NCBI GenBank assembly: GCA_963695855.1
Contig: CAVOHZ010000010.1
Coordinates: 1,568,001-1,632,000 of the forward strand
Direction: 5' to 3'
Length of the DNA stretch: 64,000 nt
Source: an uncultured Nitrososphaerales archaeon
GTDB taxonomy: Archaea > Thermoproteota > Nitrososphaeria > Nitrososphaerales > Nitrososphaeraceae
Below are positions 63,360 to 64,000 of the stretch, one piece after another (the first letter of the stretch is position 1; each line of letters begins with the position of its first letter). The notes under the pieces were generated by a model that saw nothing but the letters and a program-made list of their open reading frames with translations, ran no database searches and was not told the DNA's origin. Both the position numbers and the translations under genes were made by a program.

Positions 63360-64000
63360 TTACAATAACTTTTTTTGATATGCTAAATGTTTTTCCTCAT
63401 ATTCGAAATCAAGAATCTTTTTTATTTTTTCTGCCCTGGCAATCCCAAATCCTGGAATCATAGCTAATTCCGCAGTCGAAGCATTAATTGCTTTTAATGG
63501 TGTCTTGAATTTTTCAAGTAATTTTAGGGCAAGTTTATCTCCTATTCCTGGTAATGAAGATAATATAGATAATTGCTGTAGTTGTATATGATTTGCTTTC
63601 TTAATTTTCTTTATCAGAGGACCATTTAAAAATAAATTCGATTGCAAGATCTTATTCGACAATGAAATTAAAAATTTTGATGTATATTTTGCAGATGGTG
63701 AATGAATAATAGGTATTCTGAAAATTATTGCCACTGTTGCTAGGGCATCATAAATTTGGGTAATTTTGTTTAAAGAGATTTTTTCTTTTTCATGGTAATC
63801 AATATCATTTTCAATATCAGTTTTTAATTCAAGTATATTTCCTTCTACTATTAAGAGAGGTTTTGAATAAAATTGCAACATATCTGAACATTGAACAAAA
63901 AGTCTCCCATCATAAATAGAATTAACTAGATCATGTATAGTCTTTCTTTCGATAGCAACTTCAGAAGATACAATATAATCCCCGACCACTAATCGTGCAA
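63360..64000 (-). CDS. xpf: ERCC4/XPF endonuclease with HhH domain (5' end outside the window)
   Basis: VGDYIVS..VAIERKT..D, DGRLF.Q, LIVEG, LPGIG, IPGFG. Confidence 0.9.
   Translation of the reverse strand, partial: ARLVVGDYIVSSEVAIERKTIHDLVNSIYDGRLFVQCSDMLQFYSKPLLIVEGNILELKTDIENDIDYHEKEKISLNKITQIYDALATVAIIFRIPIIHSPSAKYTSKFLISLSNKILQSNLFLNGPLIKKIKKANHIQLQQLSILSSLPGIGDKLALKLLEKFKTPLKAINASTAELAMIPGFGIARAEKIKKILDFEYEEKHLAYQKKLL

Overview
AT-rich archaeal chromosome segment. The gene set (aIF-2beta, aIF-1A, TFB, gatDE, thermosome, Spt5, short XPF, Amt, DnaK-DnaJ-GrpE, HMG-CoA reductase next to the his cluster) points to an ammonia-oxidising Nitrososphaerota archaeon, probably Nitrososphaeraceae (inference). 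1-30 kb and 53-64 kb are mostly housekeeping genes. 30.6-53 kb is rich in insertion sequences (IS110/IS1111, several IS5, IS6, IS630, an IS3-like remnant) and also holds a TFB pseudogene, tRNA-Ser(GCU) and a histone-H1-like repeat protein. Main finding: an intact IS110/IS1111 element (30659-31943) sits exactly inside the left terminal inverted repeat of an IS5 element. Its 3' non-coding end folds into a two-loop RNA whose loops match both strands of that target and the element's own end, i.e. a bridge/seek-RNA-like guide readable directly from the sequence. Also notable: a four-layer nested transposon at 49.7-52.9 kb, a tRNA-Ser(UGA) with two introns, perfect coding tandem repeats in GrpE and DnaK, and a possible non-canonical start codon for aIF-1A. 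Product calls come from recalled family motifs; no database searches were run.
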